NCBI GenBank assembly: GCA_963933835.1
Contig: CAWVVV010000004.1
Location: 1 to 64,000, forward strand
DNA length: 64,000 bases
Origin: an uncultured Puniceicoccaceae bacterium
Lineage (GTDB): Bacteria > Verrucomicrobiota > Verrucomicrobiia > Opitutales > Oceanipulchritudinaceae
Direction: 5' to 3'
Shown: positions 19,452 through 31,118 of the stretch, in pieces
Numbering within the stretch: the first letter of the stretch is position 1
Layout of the letters: the number at the start of each line of letters is the position of its first letter
Notes under the pieces: model-generated
Seen by the model: only the letters and a program-made list of their open reading frames with translations
What the model was told of the DNA's origin: nothing
Database searches by the model: none
Translations under genes and position numbers: made by a program

Positions 19452-22100
19452 ATGAGCAGCCTACAAGAGAATCTACGTAGCCCACAGAACACCATCGACC
19501 ATTTTGGAGAAGAAGAGCAGACTGAACGCTCTATCCAGTGGGTGTGTTCGATCACGGGGCAACTAGGGGATGCTTTTATGGTTTTTGCCCGCTGGCAGTG
19601 TCTTGGCTTGGGAGGCGAACTTTGGCGAACAAGCACAGACGGACGCTTGTTCAACCCGGGAGATGACGAGTGGCTGTCCTATTTCCATCCGGATGACCAA
19701 GGAGCGGTAGCTCTCGGCTTGGCGGATCCGTCAGTAAATACTTTTCCAAACGTTCGCATTCTTTCCCCAGACGATGGTTCGTATCAGCTGGCTTCGATGC
19801 GGATGTTCTATCCGCCTTTTGAAACGGAAGAACATCTCTTTGCAATCGTTCTGAGTCGAAACGAAGCGAGTGCCCAGAGCGTAACTGAAGCTGCGTCATA
19901 CAGCCAATCAGAGATGCTCGCCTCGTCGACGGCTGAGGTAGTTGAGATTGTTCGCTCTTCTGGAATGGTTGTGAATTGCAGCCTGTCCTTCGAAGAAGCC
20001 AACCACCTCGATGATGACGAAGCGATCGGCCAAGAATGGAAAGCGCTCTCCCTCATGGAGGACGCCTACTCGACGATGCTTCTGGAAAAGATCGTGCATC
20101 ATACTGAGCTGAAGAGTTACCCAGCCGTGTTGAGGAGTCGCGAGGGGCATGCGCGCGAAATGCTTATCGATGTCCTGCCTTCGCTCGAAGACGAAGATAA
20201 TGTTGTCCTGACTTTCAAAGATGTAACGAGCCACAACTACGCTTGTCGCCACTTGCACGAGGTGATCGATCATCTACCATTTGGGGTCTTTACACGCGGA
20301 ATTGAAAACGGGAAGTATCAACTTTCTAATACAAGTGCAAACCGATTAATGAATCAGGGTGCTCCGTTGCGAGGCTTGGAGGATGACGATCTCTTCGCGG
20401 AAAACGATGTCGCTAAGATTCTATCGAGTCTGAACGTAGATTCTGAAACAGGGGAATTGAATTCGAGCGATCCGCTAACACTCGATGATGAGCGGAAGGA
20501 AACCAGTTATCTGCCGATGACAGACAGTAGCGGTCGCGTGAATCGTGTCGTCGGCATTGTGCGGGAGGTTGAGGAAATGACCGCGGTCGATGGTGGGATG
20601 CTCGGGCTGAATACGGAATCGTTGCTCAACGTAGGGCACGAGATTCGCACCCCGATGAATGCGATTCTTGGATTCACTTCTTTGCTTGCTGATACATCTT
20701 TGCAGGCAGAGCAGAAGGAGATGCTAGAGACCGTCCGAGCAAGTGGTGAAGCCTTGTCGAATACGGTTGATCTGATGCTGGAATTAGCGGCGCTGAACGG
20801 CAGTGAAAACACCGTGAAGGCCGACGTCATGAACATCGAAACGTTTTTAGAGGACCTCGGCGGCGCCTATTCTGAAATGGCGACTGAGCGCGGATTGCTC
20901 CTCAATATTGAGGTGGACCCGCAGATTCCTTCAGGCATAGAGGCGGATGCTCCGAAGCTACGGCAGTTGATGGAAAACCTCGTCAAAAACGCACTCAAAT
21001 TTACGCCCGAGGGTGAGGTCGGTATACAGGCTGATTTGATCGACTTGGTCGACGAGCAAGCGGTCATCCAACTCAGTGTATTTGACACCGGTATTGGCAT
21101 CTCTCCTGAAAAGCAGAAGCTGATCTTTGAAGCCTTTCAACAAGCTGACTCCTCTGAGACGCGGTCGTATGAGGGGACGGGTCTCGGTCTGACGGTGAGC
21201 GACCGCATTGCGCAGGTGATGGGTAGCCGCATCGAATTACAAAGCTCACTGGGTGAAGGCTCCATATTCTCACTTCAGTTATCGCTCAAGGTGAGTAGCG
21301 CGTCGACGTTGGGTGATGAGCAAGCATGCCCGAGAGGACTCTCGGTCGTCATTATCGCGAAGGAAAAGGCGCAAGGAGAAGCGCTCTCTAGAATGCTTAC
21401 GGTATGGGGATCCGAAACGATTGTGACGACTTCTACAGATGATTTCAGCCGCGAACTCGAAACGACTTCGAGTCAGCGTATTGGAATCTGCATTTTGCCG
21501 AAAGAGGCCCCGCTCGCGGTTTCAGTAACGCAGCTTATACACTCTGGAAAGGCATTGGTGCTCGCGGAAGGTTCAGAGAAAGCAGCGGCTTTCGCAGAGG
21601 CGTTTGGTAGCGACCGAGTCGTTCCATCTCTCATTCGCGGAAGTCAGGTGCGTCGTTGCATTAAGGACTTTGTCGCGGGATCTGTCGGGAGTGTGGTCGA
21701 ACCAAAAACGACGACTCCTCAGGCGCGGCCAGTTTCAGAGCTTTCAGTCCTCTTGATCGACGACCGTTCAACTGAACTGAGGGCAATGGTGAGTGATCTT
21801 GTGAGCTGGGGCGTGGAGGTTGATCTGTGCGAATCCGAGCACACAGCAAAGCAGTTCGTAAATGCGAAAAGCTACGATGTCATCTTCTTTGAAGCGAACT
21901 ACCTTGGTATGGATACCGCGGCGATGATTCAAGGGCTTCGCCTTCAGCTTGCTGACGAGTCACGGACTACTTTTGTTGGTTTGGCACGGCCAGACATGAA
22001 GAGCACGGAAGTGAACCTAGGAGCGGCTCAAGTAGAGAGCTTACTCTGCAAGCCAGTCGATACGACGAAACTCAGAGCACTGCTGGAAAGCCTCGCGTAG
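19452..22100 (+). CDS. Cytoplasmic hybrid histidine kinase (PAS-like, HisKA, HATPase, degenerate receivers)
   Basis: GHEIRTPMNAILG, NLVKNALKFT, DTGIGI, FQQAD, GTGLGL; C-terminal receiver-like VLLIDD..YDVIFFE..CKP. Confidence 0.88.
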   Translation: MSSLQENLRSPQNTIDHFGEEEQTERSIQWVCSITGQLGDAFMVFARWQCLGLGGELWRTSTDGRLFNPGDDEWLSYFHPDDQGAVALGLADPSVNTFPNVRILSPDDGSYQLASMRMFYPPFETEEHLFAIVLSRNEASAQSVTEAASYSQSEMLASSTAEVVEIVRSSGMVVNCSLSFEEANHLDDDEAIGQEWKALSLMEDAYSTMLLEKIVHHTELKSYPAVLRSREGHAREMLIDVLPSLEDEDNVVLTFKDVTSHNYACRHLHEVIDHLPFGVFTRGIENGKYQLSNTSANRLMNQGAPLRGLEDDDLFAENDVAKILSSLNVDSETGELNSSDPLTLDDERKETSYLPMTDSSGRVNRVVGIVREVEEMTAVDGGMLGLNTESLLNVGHEIRTPMNAILGFTSLLADTSLQAEQKEMLETVRASGEALSNTVDLMLELAALNGSENTVKADVMNIETFLEDLGGAYSEMATERGLLLNIEVDPQIPSGIEADAPKLRQLMENLVKNALKFTPEGEVGIQADLIDLVDEQAVIQLSVFDTGIGISPEKQKLIFEAFQQADSSETRSYEGTGLGLTVSDRIAQVMGSRIELQSSLGEGSIFSLQLSLKVSSASTLGDEQACPRGLSVVIIAKEKAQGEALSRMLTVWGSETIVTTSTDDFSRELETTSSQRIGICILPKEAPLAVSVTQLIHSGKALVLAEGSEKAAAFAEAFGSDRVVPSLIRGSQVRRCIKDFVAGSVGSVVEPKTTTPQARPVSELSVLLIDDRSTELRAMVSDLVSWGVEVDLCESEHTAKQFVNAKSYDVIFFEANYLGMDTAAMIQGLRLQLADESRTTFVGLARPDMKSTEVNLGAAQVESLLCKPVDTTKLRALLESLA

Positions 22101-22122
22101 AGAAAGGATGTAACGGCGCGTT

Positions 22123-22734
22123 CTAGCGCAGTGCGGCGCGAACAAGCGTTTCAGTTGTCGCATTGTCGCCGAGTTGTTCTCGAGCCTTACGCACGGCGCG
22201 ATCGGCAACGTCTGCCTTGTAGCCGAGCGCAAGCATAGCCATGACCGCCTCTTCGTGATGGCTCATAGGGATTTGGTTAGAGCCACTCATTGAAGCCGAT
22301 CCAGCGATAGCAGTAGGTTCGCTTTTGAAGGCAGCCACTTTGTCGCGCAGTTCAACGATGACGCGCTCTGCTGTCTTCTTGCCGATGCCGGGGCACTGAG
22401 CGAGGAGTGAAGCATCGCCGTTTGCGATCGCAGATTGAAGCATTGGGAGAGACAGCTTACTCATCATGCTGAGTGCGATCTTGGGTCCGATGCCGGAGAC
22501 CTTCTCGGTGAGCAGTCGGAAGAAGTCACGTTCCGCGCGATCAATAAATCCGTAGAGTGCTTGGCTGTCTTCGCGATAAACGGCGTAGATGTAGAGCTTT
22601 AAGGCATTGCCGTTTCCGGGTAACCGTTCTGCGGTCGTCACTGGGATGTGGACTTCGTATCCAATTCCTTGGACATCGACGACGGCCGAGAGCGGCGTGG
22701 CCTCGATGAGTTTGCCTTCGAGCTGAACGATCAT
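22123..22734 (-). CDS. ruvA: Holliday junction branch migration protein RuvA
   Basis: VQGIGYEV, REDSQALYGF, VSGIGPKIA, PGIGKKTAER, ALGY. Confidence 0.97.
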   Translation of the reverse strand: MIVQLEGKLIEATPLSAVVDVQGIGYEVHIPVTTAERLPGNGNALKLYIYAVYREDSQALYGFIDRAERDFFRLLTEKVSGIGPKIALSMMSKLSLPMLQSAIANGDASLLAQCPGIGKKTAERVIVELRDKVAAFKSEPTAIAGSASMSGSNQIPMSHHEEAVMAMLALGYKADVADRAVRKAREQLGDNATTETLVRAALR

Positions 22735-23465
22735 CGCAGGCCAAGGACGTCTTGCATCGAGTAGAGCCCTGCCTTCTGGCCAACCAGCCAGTGCGCAGCT
22801 TGGAAGGCCCCCCGGGCAAAAATGCCGCGGTCGGAAGCACGGTGGGTCAGCTCGATACGGTCACTGTCACCAAAAAAGAATACAGTATGCTCACCAACGA
22901 CTTCACCACCGCGGAGGGCGTGGACAGCGAGCTCGTTTGTCGGACGTGCTCCCGTATCACCACTGCGGCCATAGATGCGTGCGTCGTCGGGCAGATCGCG
23001 TTCGCCTTCGACCATTTCGGCTAGGTTTTTAGCTGTGCCGCTCGGAGCATCTTGTTTGTGCCGATGGTGGATTTCGGTGATCTCCGGGGCGTAGCTTGTG
23101 GGCAAGATACGGGCGGCCTCACGTGTGAGGTGAAAGAGCAAATTGACGCCGATCGAATAGTTCCCGGCGAGGGTCAAAGCGAGGCCTTGAGAGGTCTTGT
23201 TGATGACCGCTAACTCGCTTTCGGTGTGGCCTGTTGTCCCGATGACGACAGGCACGTGGTGTTGGCTGGCCTTCTCGAGAACAGCTTTCGTGACGGTGTG
23301 AAAACTGAAATCGATCACGACCTGAGCAGACTCCCAAACATCATCGGTGAGGGTGTCGCCTTCGTCGATCGTGCCGACGATTTCTGCTTCACACTGGGAA
23401 GCGAGTTGAGCCAAGGTCTGGCCCATGCGGCCTTTGCCGCCGAATAGAATTACTTTAAGAGGCAT
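22731..23465 (-). CDS. dapB: 4-hydroxy-tetrahydrodipicolinate reductase
   Basis: GGKGRMG, IDFS, GTTG, EIHHRHKQDAPSGTA, RGGEVVGEH. Confidence 0.96.
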   Translation of the reverse strand: MPLKVILFGGKGRMGQTLAQLASQCEAEIVGTIDEGDTLTDDVWESAQVVIDFSFHTVTKAVLEKASQHHVPVVIGTTGHTESELAVINKTSQGLALTLAGNYSIGVNLLFHLTREAARILPTSYAPEITEIHHRHKQDAPSGTAKNLAEMVEGERDLPDDARIYGRSGDTGARPTNELAVHALRGGEVVGEHTVFFFGDSDRIELTHRASDRGIFARGAFQAAHWLVGQKAGLYSMQDVLGLR

Positions 23466-24360
23466 CTTCGCCAAGATCGAGGTTAGCAAGCAGGGTACGG
23501 ACGCGGGCTAGATTTCCAGCCGACATTTCGCAGAGCGGGAGGCGAACAGAGTAAGGGGATAGAACGCCTGTTTCATCGAGCACGGTCTTGATTGTGACGG
23601 GGTTGCCCTCGATGAATACGAGCTCTCCGAGAAGGGCTTCATGCGTCTTGGCCAAGGCACGGGCAGCCTCAAAATCGCCCGAGAGCGCTGTTTGAGTGAT
23701 GCGTTGGACGAGGCGTGGCGCGAGATTCGAAGCAACACTGATGACGCCGCAGCCTCCTTCCTCGATAAATGGAACGATCAAGCCGTCGTCACCGCTGATG
23801 ATCTTTAGGTCGCTGCCGCAGGCGTCGCGAAGGCGCTTTACCTTTTCGATGTCGCCGCCGGCCTCCTTGATCGCGCAAACGTGCGGGTAGTCCTTGAGCA
23901 GACGTCGCACCGTCTCTACCTCTATTTCGACGCCACAGCGGCTCGGAACGGAGTAGAGGACCTGAACCTTTTCGGTCGTCTCAGCGAGGGTGGCAAAGTG
24001 GCGGTAGAGGCCTTCCTGGCTCGGCTTGTTATAGTAGGGAGCGACTTGGAGGCACCCGTCGACTCCGAGGTCAGTCGCAGTTTTTGTGTATCCGCGCGCT
24101 TCGGAGGTCGAATTCGACCCTGTTCCAGCGATCACTGGAACGCGGCCGTTAACCGTTTCGACGACAAAGCGCATCACCTCGAGGTGCTCTTTGTGGCTGA
24201 GGGTAGGGGATTCACCTGTCGTGCCGACAGGTACAAGACCACTGATGCCGCCTGCTATTTGCCGTTCAACGAAATGCCCGAGGACTGGGTAGTCGACTTC
24301 GTCATTCGTAAACGGCGTCACGAGCGCGGTGAAAGTTCCTTCAAGATTTAGGGTTGTCAT
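23455..24360 (-). CDS. dapA: 4-hydroxy-tetrahydrodipicolinate synthase
   Basis: TALVTPF, GTTGES, PYYNKP, IKEA, SGDD; ATG at 24360. Confidence 0.96.
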   Translation of the reverse strand: MTTLNLEGTFTALVTPFTNDEVDYPVLGHFVERQIAGGISGLVPVGTTGESPTLSHKEHLEVMRFVVETVNGRVPVIAGTGSNSTSEARGYTKTATDLGVDGCLQVAPYYNKPSQEGLYRHFATLAETTEKVQVLYSVPSRCGVEIEVETVRRLLKDYPHVCAIKEAGGDIEKVKRLRDACGSDLKIISGDDGLIVPFIEEGGCGVISVASNLAPRLVQRITQTALSGDFEAARALAKTHEALLGELVFIEGNPVTIKTVLDETGVLSPYSVRLPLCEMSAGNLARVRTLLANLDLGEDAS

Positions 24361-24368
24361 GCCGATAA
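24341..24368 (+). promoter_or_regulatory. Candidate sigma-28 (FliA)-type promoter upstream of the pilT-family gene
   Basis: TCAA-N16-GCCGATAA; the -10 element is a perfect match, but the site overlaps the dapA start. Confidence 0.3.
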
Positions 24369-24448
24369 GTAAATAGGCGGAAATGTAGAAACCTAGGGGT
24401 CTGCATTTCCATTTCAATTGAATAAACAAATACAACGCCAGCCACCAA

Positions 24449-25552
24449 ATGGCCGAGAATCTCGAAATTTTTGAAAACCTTCTCCTCCTCGCAGTTGAGA
24501 ACGGTGCAAGTGATATCCACATCAAGACGGATCGCCCTGCCTATCTTAGGCTTCAGGGCGCGCTCGAGCCTGTGGATATGGACAAACTCACGAACCCGCA
24601 GATCAACGACTTCATCGAGAAGACGTGCCCTGGGCAGTTTTTCGAGCGTTGGCGGGCCGACAACCAAGTCGATTACAGTTATCGGCTCGAGGATGTCGGG
24701 CGTTTTCGTGTCTCAGCTTTTTACCAGCGCGGCACGCCCAGTATCGTCTTTCGCCACGTAAAAGATCAGCCACCGACATTTGAGCAGCTCAATCATGAGC
24801 CAGCGGTGTTGAACAAACTTTGCCGTCAAAAAGACGGAATCGCCCTCATTTGCGGTGCGACAGGCTCGGGTAAGAGTTCTACCCTCCCCGCGATGCTGAA
24901 TTGGATCAACCACAACTACGAGAAGCACATCGTGACCCTGGAAGACCCGATTGAGTTTACTTACAAGGACATCAAGGCCGTGATTAATCAACGTGAAGTT
25001 GGGATCGATGTGCCAGACTTCACGCTTGGGATGCGAGCCGTTTTACGCCAAGACCCAGACATCATGCTCGTGGGTGAAATGCGCGACTCAGAGACTTTTA
25101 GCACCGCGCTCTCAGCTGCTGAGACCGGTCACTATGTCCTTGGCACCCTTCACTCCTCGAACGCGCAGCAAGCGGTTCAACGGCTCTTTGAATTCTATCC
25201 GGTAGAGCAGCACCCAGGCCTTCGCCGGCAGGTCGCAAGCTCCTTGCGGGCCGCGATCACGCAGCGCTTGGTTCCTGCGCTTGAGGGACAGGGTCGTCTC
25301 CCTGTTCTTGAAATCTTTGTTGTCGATGGGATTGGCCGCACCGCGATCGGAGAAGGCACTTTTGAGAAAATTCCGTCGATTATCGAAGCCAGCATGGATA
25401 CCGGCTCTAAATCCTTTAATCAGGATCTCTACCGACTTGTGAAGGCAGGACTCGTCTCAAAGAAGGTCGCACTCGACTTTTCTCCGAATCCTAAGGCGTT
25501 GGAGATGAACCTGAAGGGGATTTTCCTCTCCGCGGGCGGTATCGTTTCGTAG
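24449..25552 (+). CDS. PilT/PilU-family type IV pilus ATPase
   Basis: ASDIH, RFRV, GATGSGKS, TLEDPIEF, QREVG, LRQDPD..VGEMRD, AETGH..TLH; lacks a canonical AIRNLIRE motif. Confidence 0.92.
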   Translation: MAENLEIFENLLLLAVENGASDIHIKTDRPAYLRLQGALEPVDMDKLTNPQINDFIEKTCPGQFFERWRADNQVDYSYRLEDVGRFRVSAFYQRGTPSIVFRHVKDQPPTFEQLNHEPAVLNKLCRQKDGIALICGATGSGKSSTLPAMLNWINHNYEKHIVTLEDPIEFTYKDIKAVINQREVGIDVPDFTLGMRAVLRQDPDIMLVGEMRDSETFSTALSAAETGHYVLGTLHSSNAQQAVQRLFEFYPVEQHPGLRRQVASSLRAAITQRLVPALEGQGRLPVLEIFVVDGIGRTAIGEGTFEKIPSIIEASMDTGSKSFNQDLYRLVKAGLVSKKVALDFSPNPKALEMNLKGIFLSAGGIVS

Positions 25553-25685
25553 GCCGGGAAGGTCAGGCCAGCCCCTGAGGGCGGATGGTCGAACTAGATT
25601 TATCTTCATTCTAGTTCATTGCAGGCTCGCCAGTGCCCCCGTTGAGGGCATGCTGCCGCGTTTCTTACATCTTTTAAGGCCTGCC

Positions 25686-27506
25686 ATGCAACCATCGGAC
25701 ATCCGAAATATCGCCATTATCGCTCACGTTGATCACGGGAAAACAACTCTCGTGGACAAGCTCCTACAGGGCAGTGGTGTTTACCGCGAAAACCAAGTTG
25801 TCGTCGAACGCGCGATGGACTCGATGGATCTCGAAAAAGAGAAGGGTATCACGATCAAGGCGAAGAACACCGCTGTGATGTGGCGAGGTAAGACGATGAA
25901 CATCGTTGATACCCCAGGGCACGCTGATTTCGGCGCTGAAGTTGAACGTGTGATGAAGATGGTCGATGGCGTTCTTCTCGTCGTCGATGCCTATGATGGC
26001 CCTCAAGCCCAAACGCGCTTCGTTTTGCGCAAGGCGCTTCAACACGGTCTGGCACCGGTCGTCGTGATCAACAAGGTCGACCGTGATCACTGTGAGCCGA
26101 AGGCTGTGCAGGATAAGGTCCTTGAGCTCTTTCTCGAACTCGAAGCGACCGATGAGCAGTTCAACTGCCCATTCATCTATGCGAGTGCGAAGAACGGCTG
26201 GGCGGACTATGATCTCGACGGTCCACGTAAAGACATGTCCGCACTTTTTGAAACGGTTCTCGAGCACGTGCCGGCACCGGTTGTAGAGGAAGGTGGCTTC
26301 CGTATGCTCGTATCCAATATCGACTACAATGACTTTGTCGGTCGTATCGCGATCGGTCGGATTTTAAGTGGTAGCGTCAAGGGCAGTGACACGATTTACA
26401 AGCTCGCCCCAGACGAAGCCCCAGAGCGGGTGAAAGTGACGAAGCTCTTCAGCTATTCAGGTCTAGGGACCGAAAACAGCGTTGAGGGTGTAGCGGGCGA
26501 CATTATTGGAATTTCTGGGTTCAATGAGGTGGATATCGGCAACACGCTTGGATCCACTCCGGAAACTGAATTGCTGCCTTTCGTCGATATCGACCCGCCG
26601 ACGATCCAGATGGAGTTCGCTGTTAATGACGGTCCGCTCGCGGGTCGTGATGGCAAGCTGGTTACATCCCGTCAGGTTCGAGAACGTCTCTTTCGCGAGA
26701 TGAAGACAAATATCTCAATCCAGGTAGAGGAGACAGGAAAGGGCACGTCCTTCAATGTGAGCGCGCGTGGCGCGATGCAGATCGCTGTTCTTGTTGAAAC
26801 GATGCGCCGTGAAGGCTACGAGGTACTCGTATCCCGCCCGACGGTTATTTACAAAGAAGTCGACGGCAAGCAGCACGAGCCGTTCGAAAAACTCTGGGTT
26901 GAGCTGCCGGAAGATCTTCTTGGTAATATCATGGAGAACCTCTCCAAGCGTAAGGGCGTCGTGACGAACTTAATACACCATAAGGGTGGTGTTACGCTTG
27001 AAGCAGAGATTCCTACGCGTGGCCTTATCGGCTTCGAAAGTGATCTTATGACTGCAACCAGTGGACACGGTGTCATGAGCCACCTCTTCCTCGATTACCG
27101 TCCTTATTGCGGCGACATTGTTGCCCGTCAGGCAGGTACACTTGTTTCGATGGAATTGGGTAAGGTCATGGCCTACGCCCTCGATACACTTCAAGACCGT
27201 GGTAAGCTCTTTGTCGGCCCCGGAGACGAAGTCTATGGCGGTCAAATCATTGGAGAGAACCCGCGCAAACACGACATGCCAGTGAATCCGTGTAAGGCGA
27301 AGCAGCTCGATAACATCCGCTCTAATGGTGATGGTAAGGGCATTATGCTTTCCCCTCCGATCAAGTTCAGCCTTGAGCGTTCGATCGAATACATTGAGCC
27401 GGATGAATATGTCGAAGCGACGCCAAAAACCCTTCGCATGCGCAAGCGTATCCTCGATGCAAACGAGCGTCGCAAGGCAGAGAAGAAGCTGAATCCAAAG
27501 CCCTGA
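25686..27506 (+). CDS. typA: Translational GTPase TypA/BipA
   Basis: [40 protein letters not shown]. Confidence 0.97.
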   Translation: MQPSDIRNIAIIAHVDHGKTTLVDKLLQGSGVYRENQVVVERAMDSMDLEKEKGITIKAKNTAVMWRGKTMNIVDTPGHADFGAEVERVMKMVDGVLLVVDAYDGPQAQTRFVLRKALQHGLAPVVVINKVDRDHCEPKAVQDKVLELFLELEATDEQFNCPFIYASAKNGWADYDLDGPRKDMSALFETVLEHVPAPVVEEGGFRMLVSNIDYNDFVGRIAIGRILSGSVKGSDTIYKLAPDEAPERVKVTKLFSYSGLGTENSVEGVAGDIIGISGFNEVDIGNTLGSTPETELLPFVDIDPPTIQMEFAVNDGPLAGRDGKLVTSRQVRERLFREMKTNISIQVEETGKGTSFNVSARGAMQIAVLVETMRREGYEVLVSRPTVIYKEVDGKQHEPFEKLWVELPEDLLGNIMENLSKRKGVVTNLIHHKGGVTLEAEIPTRGLIGFESDLMTATSGHGVMSHLFLDYRPYCGDIVARQAGTLVSMELGKVMAYALDTLQDRGKLFVGPGDEVYGGQIIGENPRKHDMPVNPCKAKQLDNIRSNGDGKGIMLSPPIKFSLERSIEYIEPDEYVEATPKTLRMRKRILDANERRKAEKKLNPKP

Positions 27507-27518
27507 GTCAGCTAGGAT

Positions 27519-30056
27519 ATGAGTGAAGCCCCCGTATCTCCGCCGCTAGCCCCTTTGTCAGAAGGCGCCTCGACCGAAGAGGTGCTGGATCGCTTCATTG
27601 AGGCGATGTCCGAGCGCGGCATCGAGCTCTATTCAGAGCAGGAAGAGGCGATGCTGGAGCTCTTCGATGGGCGTCATGTAATTCTGAATACTCCGACAGG
27701 TTCAGGAAAGTCGCTCGTTGCTGCCGCGCTGATCTTTAAAACTCTTAGTGAAGGTGAGCGTTCAGTTTACACCTGCCCGATCAAGGCGCTCGTAAACGAG
27801 AAGTTCCTTTCCCTTTGCCGAGATCATGGACCTGACAACGTAGGTTTGATGACGGGGGATGCTGCGGTTAATACTGACGCACCGATCCTTTGTTGCACGG
27901 CAGAGATCTTAGCCAACATTGCACTCGTCGGAGGACCTCGAGCAGAGATCGCGGCGGTCGTGATGGATGAGTTTCACTACTACGGTGATGCTTCGCGAGG
28001 CACCGCATGGCAGTTGCCGCTTCTCTTGATGCGAGATACCCAGTTTCTCCTCATGTCGGCGACGTTGCCTGATACGGAGTTCTTTGAGCGCGAGCTTGAG
28101 AAGCTGAGTGAGCGTAAGGCCGTCACGGTGAAGAGCGACGAGCGACCGGTGCCACTCGAATTTTTCTACTGTGAAGATCCGCTAGCCGAGCAACTCGATA
28201 CGATGGCCTCTGAGGGCAAGGCGCCGATCTACCTCGTTTACTTCACTCAGCGTTCGGCCTCAGAGGCAGCTCAAAGTCTTGTCAGTCTGAACGCTACGAC
28301 GCGGGAGGAACGCAACCGCATTGGAGAGGAGATCGCCGACGTGAAGTTCAACAGTCCCTACGGAAAAGAGCTCAAGCGTTGTCTGCGGCATGGCATTGGC
28401 ATCCACCACGCTGGGTTGCTTCCGAAATACCGTTTACTTGTCGAATCCCTCGCGCAAAAAGGCTTTCTCAAGGTGATCTGCGGAACAGACACGCTCGGAG
28501 TAGGCATCAATGTACCGATTCGTTCAGTTGTCTTTACCCAGCTTTGGAAATACGATGGACGTAAGTCAGCCGTCTTGAGTGTGCGGGACTTTAGACAGAT
28601 TTCTGGACGAGCAGGGCGCCGTGGATTTGATGATCGTGGATACGTCATCGCGATGGCTCCCGAGCATGTGATCGAAAACCGCCGTGCAGCCGCTAAGGCA
28701 GCGAACGATCCGAAGAAGAAAAAGAAACTGGTGAAGAAGAGTGCGCCGACCGGGCAGGTGAACTGGGACGAGCAGACCTTTACGAAACTGCAAACCGCAC
28801 CGACTGAGAATCTCCCCCCGGTGTTCCAAGTCGGGACAGGTCTTTTGCTCCAAGTGTTGAGTCGCGATGAAGATGGATGCCGTGTGATGAAGTCACTCAT
28901 TGCTGACTCCCATACGACCCCTCACCGTAAGAGACTCCTTCGTCGCCGCAGCTGGCAACTCTTTCGAGCGCTCATCGAGCGAGGAATTATTGAATTTGTT
29001 GAGCCTACGCCGACCGGTCGAAAGTTGCTCGTGAATATTGAGCTCCAGGAGGACTTTTCGCTCCACCAGGCGCTCTCGCTCTATCTGCTCGATACCTTGC
29101 CGCTTCTCGATGAGGCTTCGGATGATTATCCGCTTGAAATGCTGACGCTTTGTGAGGCGATCGTAGAAGACCCTGCGATGATTCTGCGCAAGCAGCTCGA
29201 CAAGCTGAAGAATGACGAAGTGGGGCAGATGAAGGCGGAAGGCATTCCATACGAAGAACGTATGGAGAAGCTGGATACACTCGAGTATCCAAAGCCGATG
29301 CGAGATTTTCTCTACGACAGTTTTAATACTTTTAAGTCTGAGCACCCATGGGTGGACGATGAGAACGTAAAACCAAAGTCGATTGCCCGAGAAATGTTCG
29401 AGCGCTTCATGAGCTTCGCGGACTATACGAAGTGGTATGGGCTGCAGCGCTCAGAAGGCCTTCTCCTGCGCCACCTCGCTCAAACCTACAAGGTGCTCGC
29501 GCAGACTGTGCCCGACGTTTTCAAAACCGAGGCGGTTTTTGAGCTGGAGGACTACTTGCGCACCTTGATTGAACAAACGGACTCAAGCCTACTCGATGAG
29601 TGGGAGCGGTTGCGTGATCCAGAATTTGTCGTGTCGGATGAGAGAAATGCTGCTCCTTTACGAGCCGAAGACATCACCCGCGATCGCAAGGCCTTTCAGC
29701 GTCTTCTGCGTTCGCGCCTTTTTGCCTTCCTCTTGGCTGTGCGCTCGGGCGAGTGGGGAGATGCTGTGGATATGATTGATCGCGATGCACCTTCGCCTGA
29801 GGAATTGAAGACCCAGTTCGACGCCTATTTTGAAACACGTGGTGAATTTCGTCTCGATCCTGAAGGTCGGAACTTGAAGCACAGCCACTTCGATGAAGAC
29901 AAGGATTCAGGCGAGCTACGCTATGCCCAAATGCTTGTGGATGTCGAAGAACTGAATGACTGGGAGCTCAGCTTTCGCGTCGATATCAGTGCGTCTAAAG
30001 AAGCGAATCGCCCGGTTCTTGGTTGGGTAGGGTTTGCTCCGGTAGAAGGATCCTGA
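27519..30056 (+). CDS. Ski2/HelY-like SF2 helicase with DUF3516-type C-terminus
   Basis: [60 protein letters not shown]. Confidence 0.9.
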   Translation: MSEAPVSPPLAPLSEGASTEEVLDRFIEAMSERGIELYSEQEEAMLELFDGRHVILNTPTGSGKSLVAAALIFKTLSEGERSVYTCPIKALVNEKFLSLCRDHGPDNVGLMTGDAAVNTDAPILCCTAEILANIALVGGPRAEIAAVVMDEFHYYGDASRGTAWQLPLLLMRDTQFLLMSATLPDTEFFERELEKLSERKAVTVKSDERPVPLEFFYCEDPLAEQLDTMASEGKAPIYLVYFTQRSASEAAQSLVSLNATTREERNRIGEEIADVKFNSPYGKELKRCLRHGIGIHHAGLLPKYRLLVESLAQKGFLKVICGTDTLGVGINVPIRSVVFTQLWKYDGRKSAVLSVRDFRQISGRAGRRGFDDRGYVIAMAPEHVIENRRAAAKAANDPKKKKKLVKKSAPTGQVNWDEQTFTKLQTAPTENLPPVFQVGTGLLLQVLSRDEDGCRVMKSLIADSHTTPHRKRLLRRRSWQLFRALIERGIIEFVEPTPTGRKLLVNIELQEDFSLHQALSLYLLDTLPLLDEASDDYPLEMLTLCEAIVEDPAMILRKQLDKLKNDEVGQMKAEGIPYEERMEKLDTLEYPKPMRDFLYDSFNTFKSEHPWVDDENVKPKSIAREMFERFMSFADYTKWYGLQRSEGLLLRHLAQTYKVLAQTVPDVFKTEAVFELEDYLRTLIEQTDSSLLDEWERLRDPEFVVSDERNAAPLRAEDITRDRKAFQRLLRSRLFAFLLAVRSGEWGDAVDMIDRDAPSPEELKTQFDAYFETRGEFRLDPEGRNLKHSHFDEDKDSGELRYAQMLVDVEELNDWELSFRVDISASKEANRPVLGWVGFAPVEGS

Positions 30057-30082
30057 GCGGACTTAATCAGTCTTTTAGGAAG

Positions 30083-31082
30083 CTAATTTTCGCCTTCGAT
30101 GACTTCATCGAGTAGACTGAGAAGGAGCTTGGCGCCTGTCTCTGATGCAATGTCGTTAAAGATGTTTTCGTCGTTCTTGCCATGTTGGCCGCCTGCAAGA
30201 TCGCTGATCGAGCGGATGATGACCCAATCGACATTGTTCACGAAACAGACCTGGCCGACAGCGGCAGATTCCATTTCAGTCGCTTCAGCCTTATAGACGT
30301 CTCGGGCCCACTTCCGATATTCGGCATTGTCGAGAAAGACTGAACCAGTAATCCCATTTCCGCCGACCGTGGTGCGGATAACTCTACCGGAGGGCATCGT
30401 GATCTCGCCGATCGACTCGATGGCCTTTCGGGCGGCTTCGATCAGACTAGGCGTCGCGGTGAAATAGGGTGTTTGACGAGGCTTGTCCCAGCCTTCTTTG
30501 ATCACGATGAGCTCGTCCGGGTGGATGTATCCAAAGTTCTCATGCTTTGGAGAATGCGGATCACTTTCGGCGCGTTCTAATAAACTTTGGAGGGTGCTCT
30601 CGTAATAATCCGGCAGAATAAACTCACCTTCATTCTCAGGGTCTGGATTCAAGTAGGCAGACTCATCGTGGAAATACCAGCGCTCGCAGACAGTGATATC
30701 GCCGGGCTCGTAGATTGGGTTCACTGCCCCAGCGATACCCATCATGATAAGGCGTTCGATCGGAAAGTAATCGAGCGCCATCTGGACCGTCATGGCTGCA
30801 TTTGGAACACTGACACCGGTTGAAAAGATGACGACTGGCTCACCCTTGAAATGACCGAGTTGATATTCGACGCCTCGAAAAAAAAATACTCTCTGTGACT
30901 TCGGCATCGGGGTGCGCCTCTAGGGCGGCATCGATCGCTTTGATTTCCGGCCCATAGGCCGCGACAATCGCGGTCATTTGTTCGGTTTCGTCGAAGTCTC
31001 GAGGGCCGTATTCAGCTGCTAAGGTAGCGGTGAGGACCGTAACAAAGAGCAGTGCAAATGGGGTTCTTAAGGAAAGCTGCAT
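30083..31082 (-). pseudogene. Exported MTA/SAH-nucleosidase (PNP_UDP)-family protein, frameshifted at an A9 tract
   Basis: ORFs 30840-31082 (signal peptide, AIVAAYGPE) and 30083-30907 (STGVSVPNAA, MGIAGA, EMESAA, RSISDLAG) join if the A9 at 30878-30886 is A8. Confidence 0.85.
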
Positions 31083-31118
31083 GGATGGTTCTAAGCTGCT
31101 TTGATGACTGCTGTGGAC

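Noticed and set aside
25591..25617. Inverted repeat GAACTAGA-N11-TCTAGTTC upstream of typA
   Set aside because: Single 8-bp arm pair, no U-tract and no second instance; role not supportable
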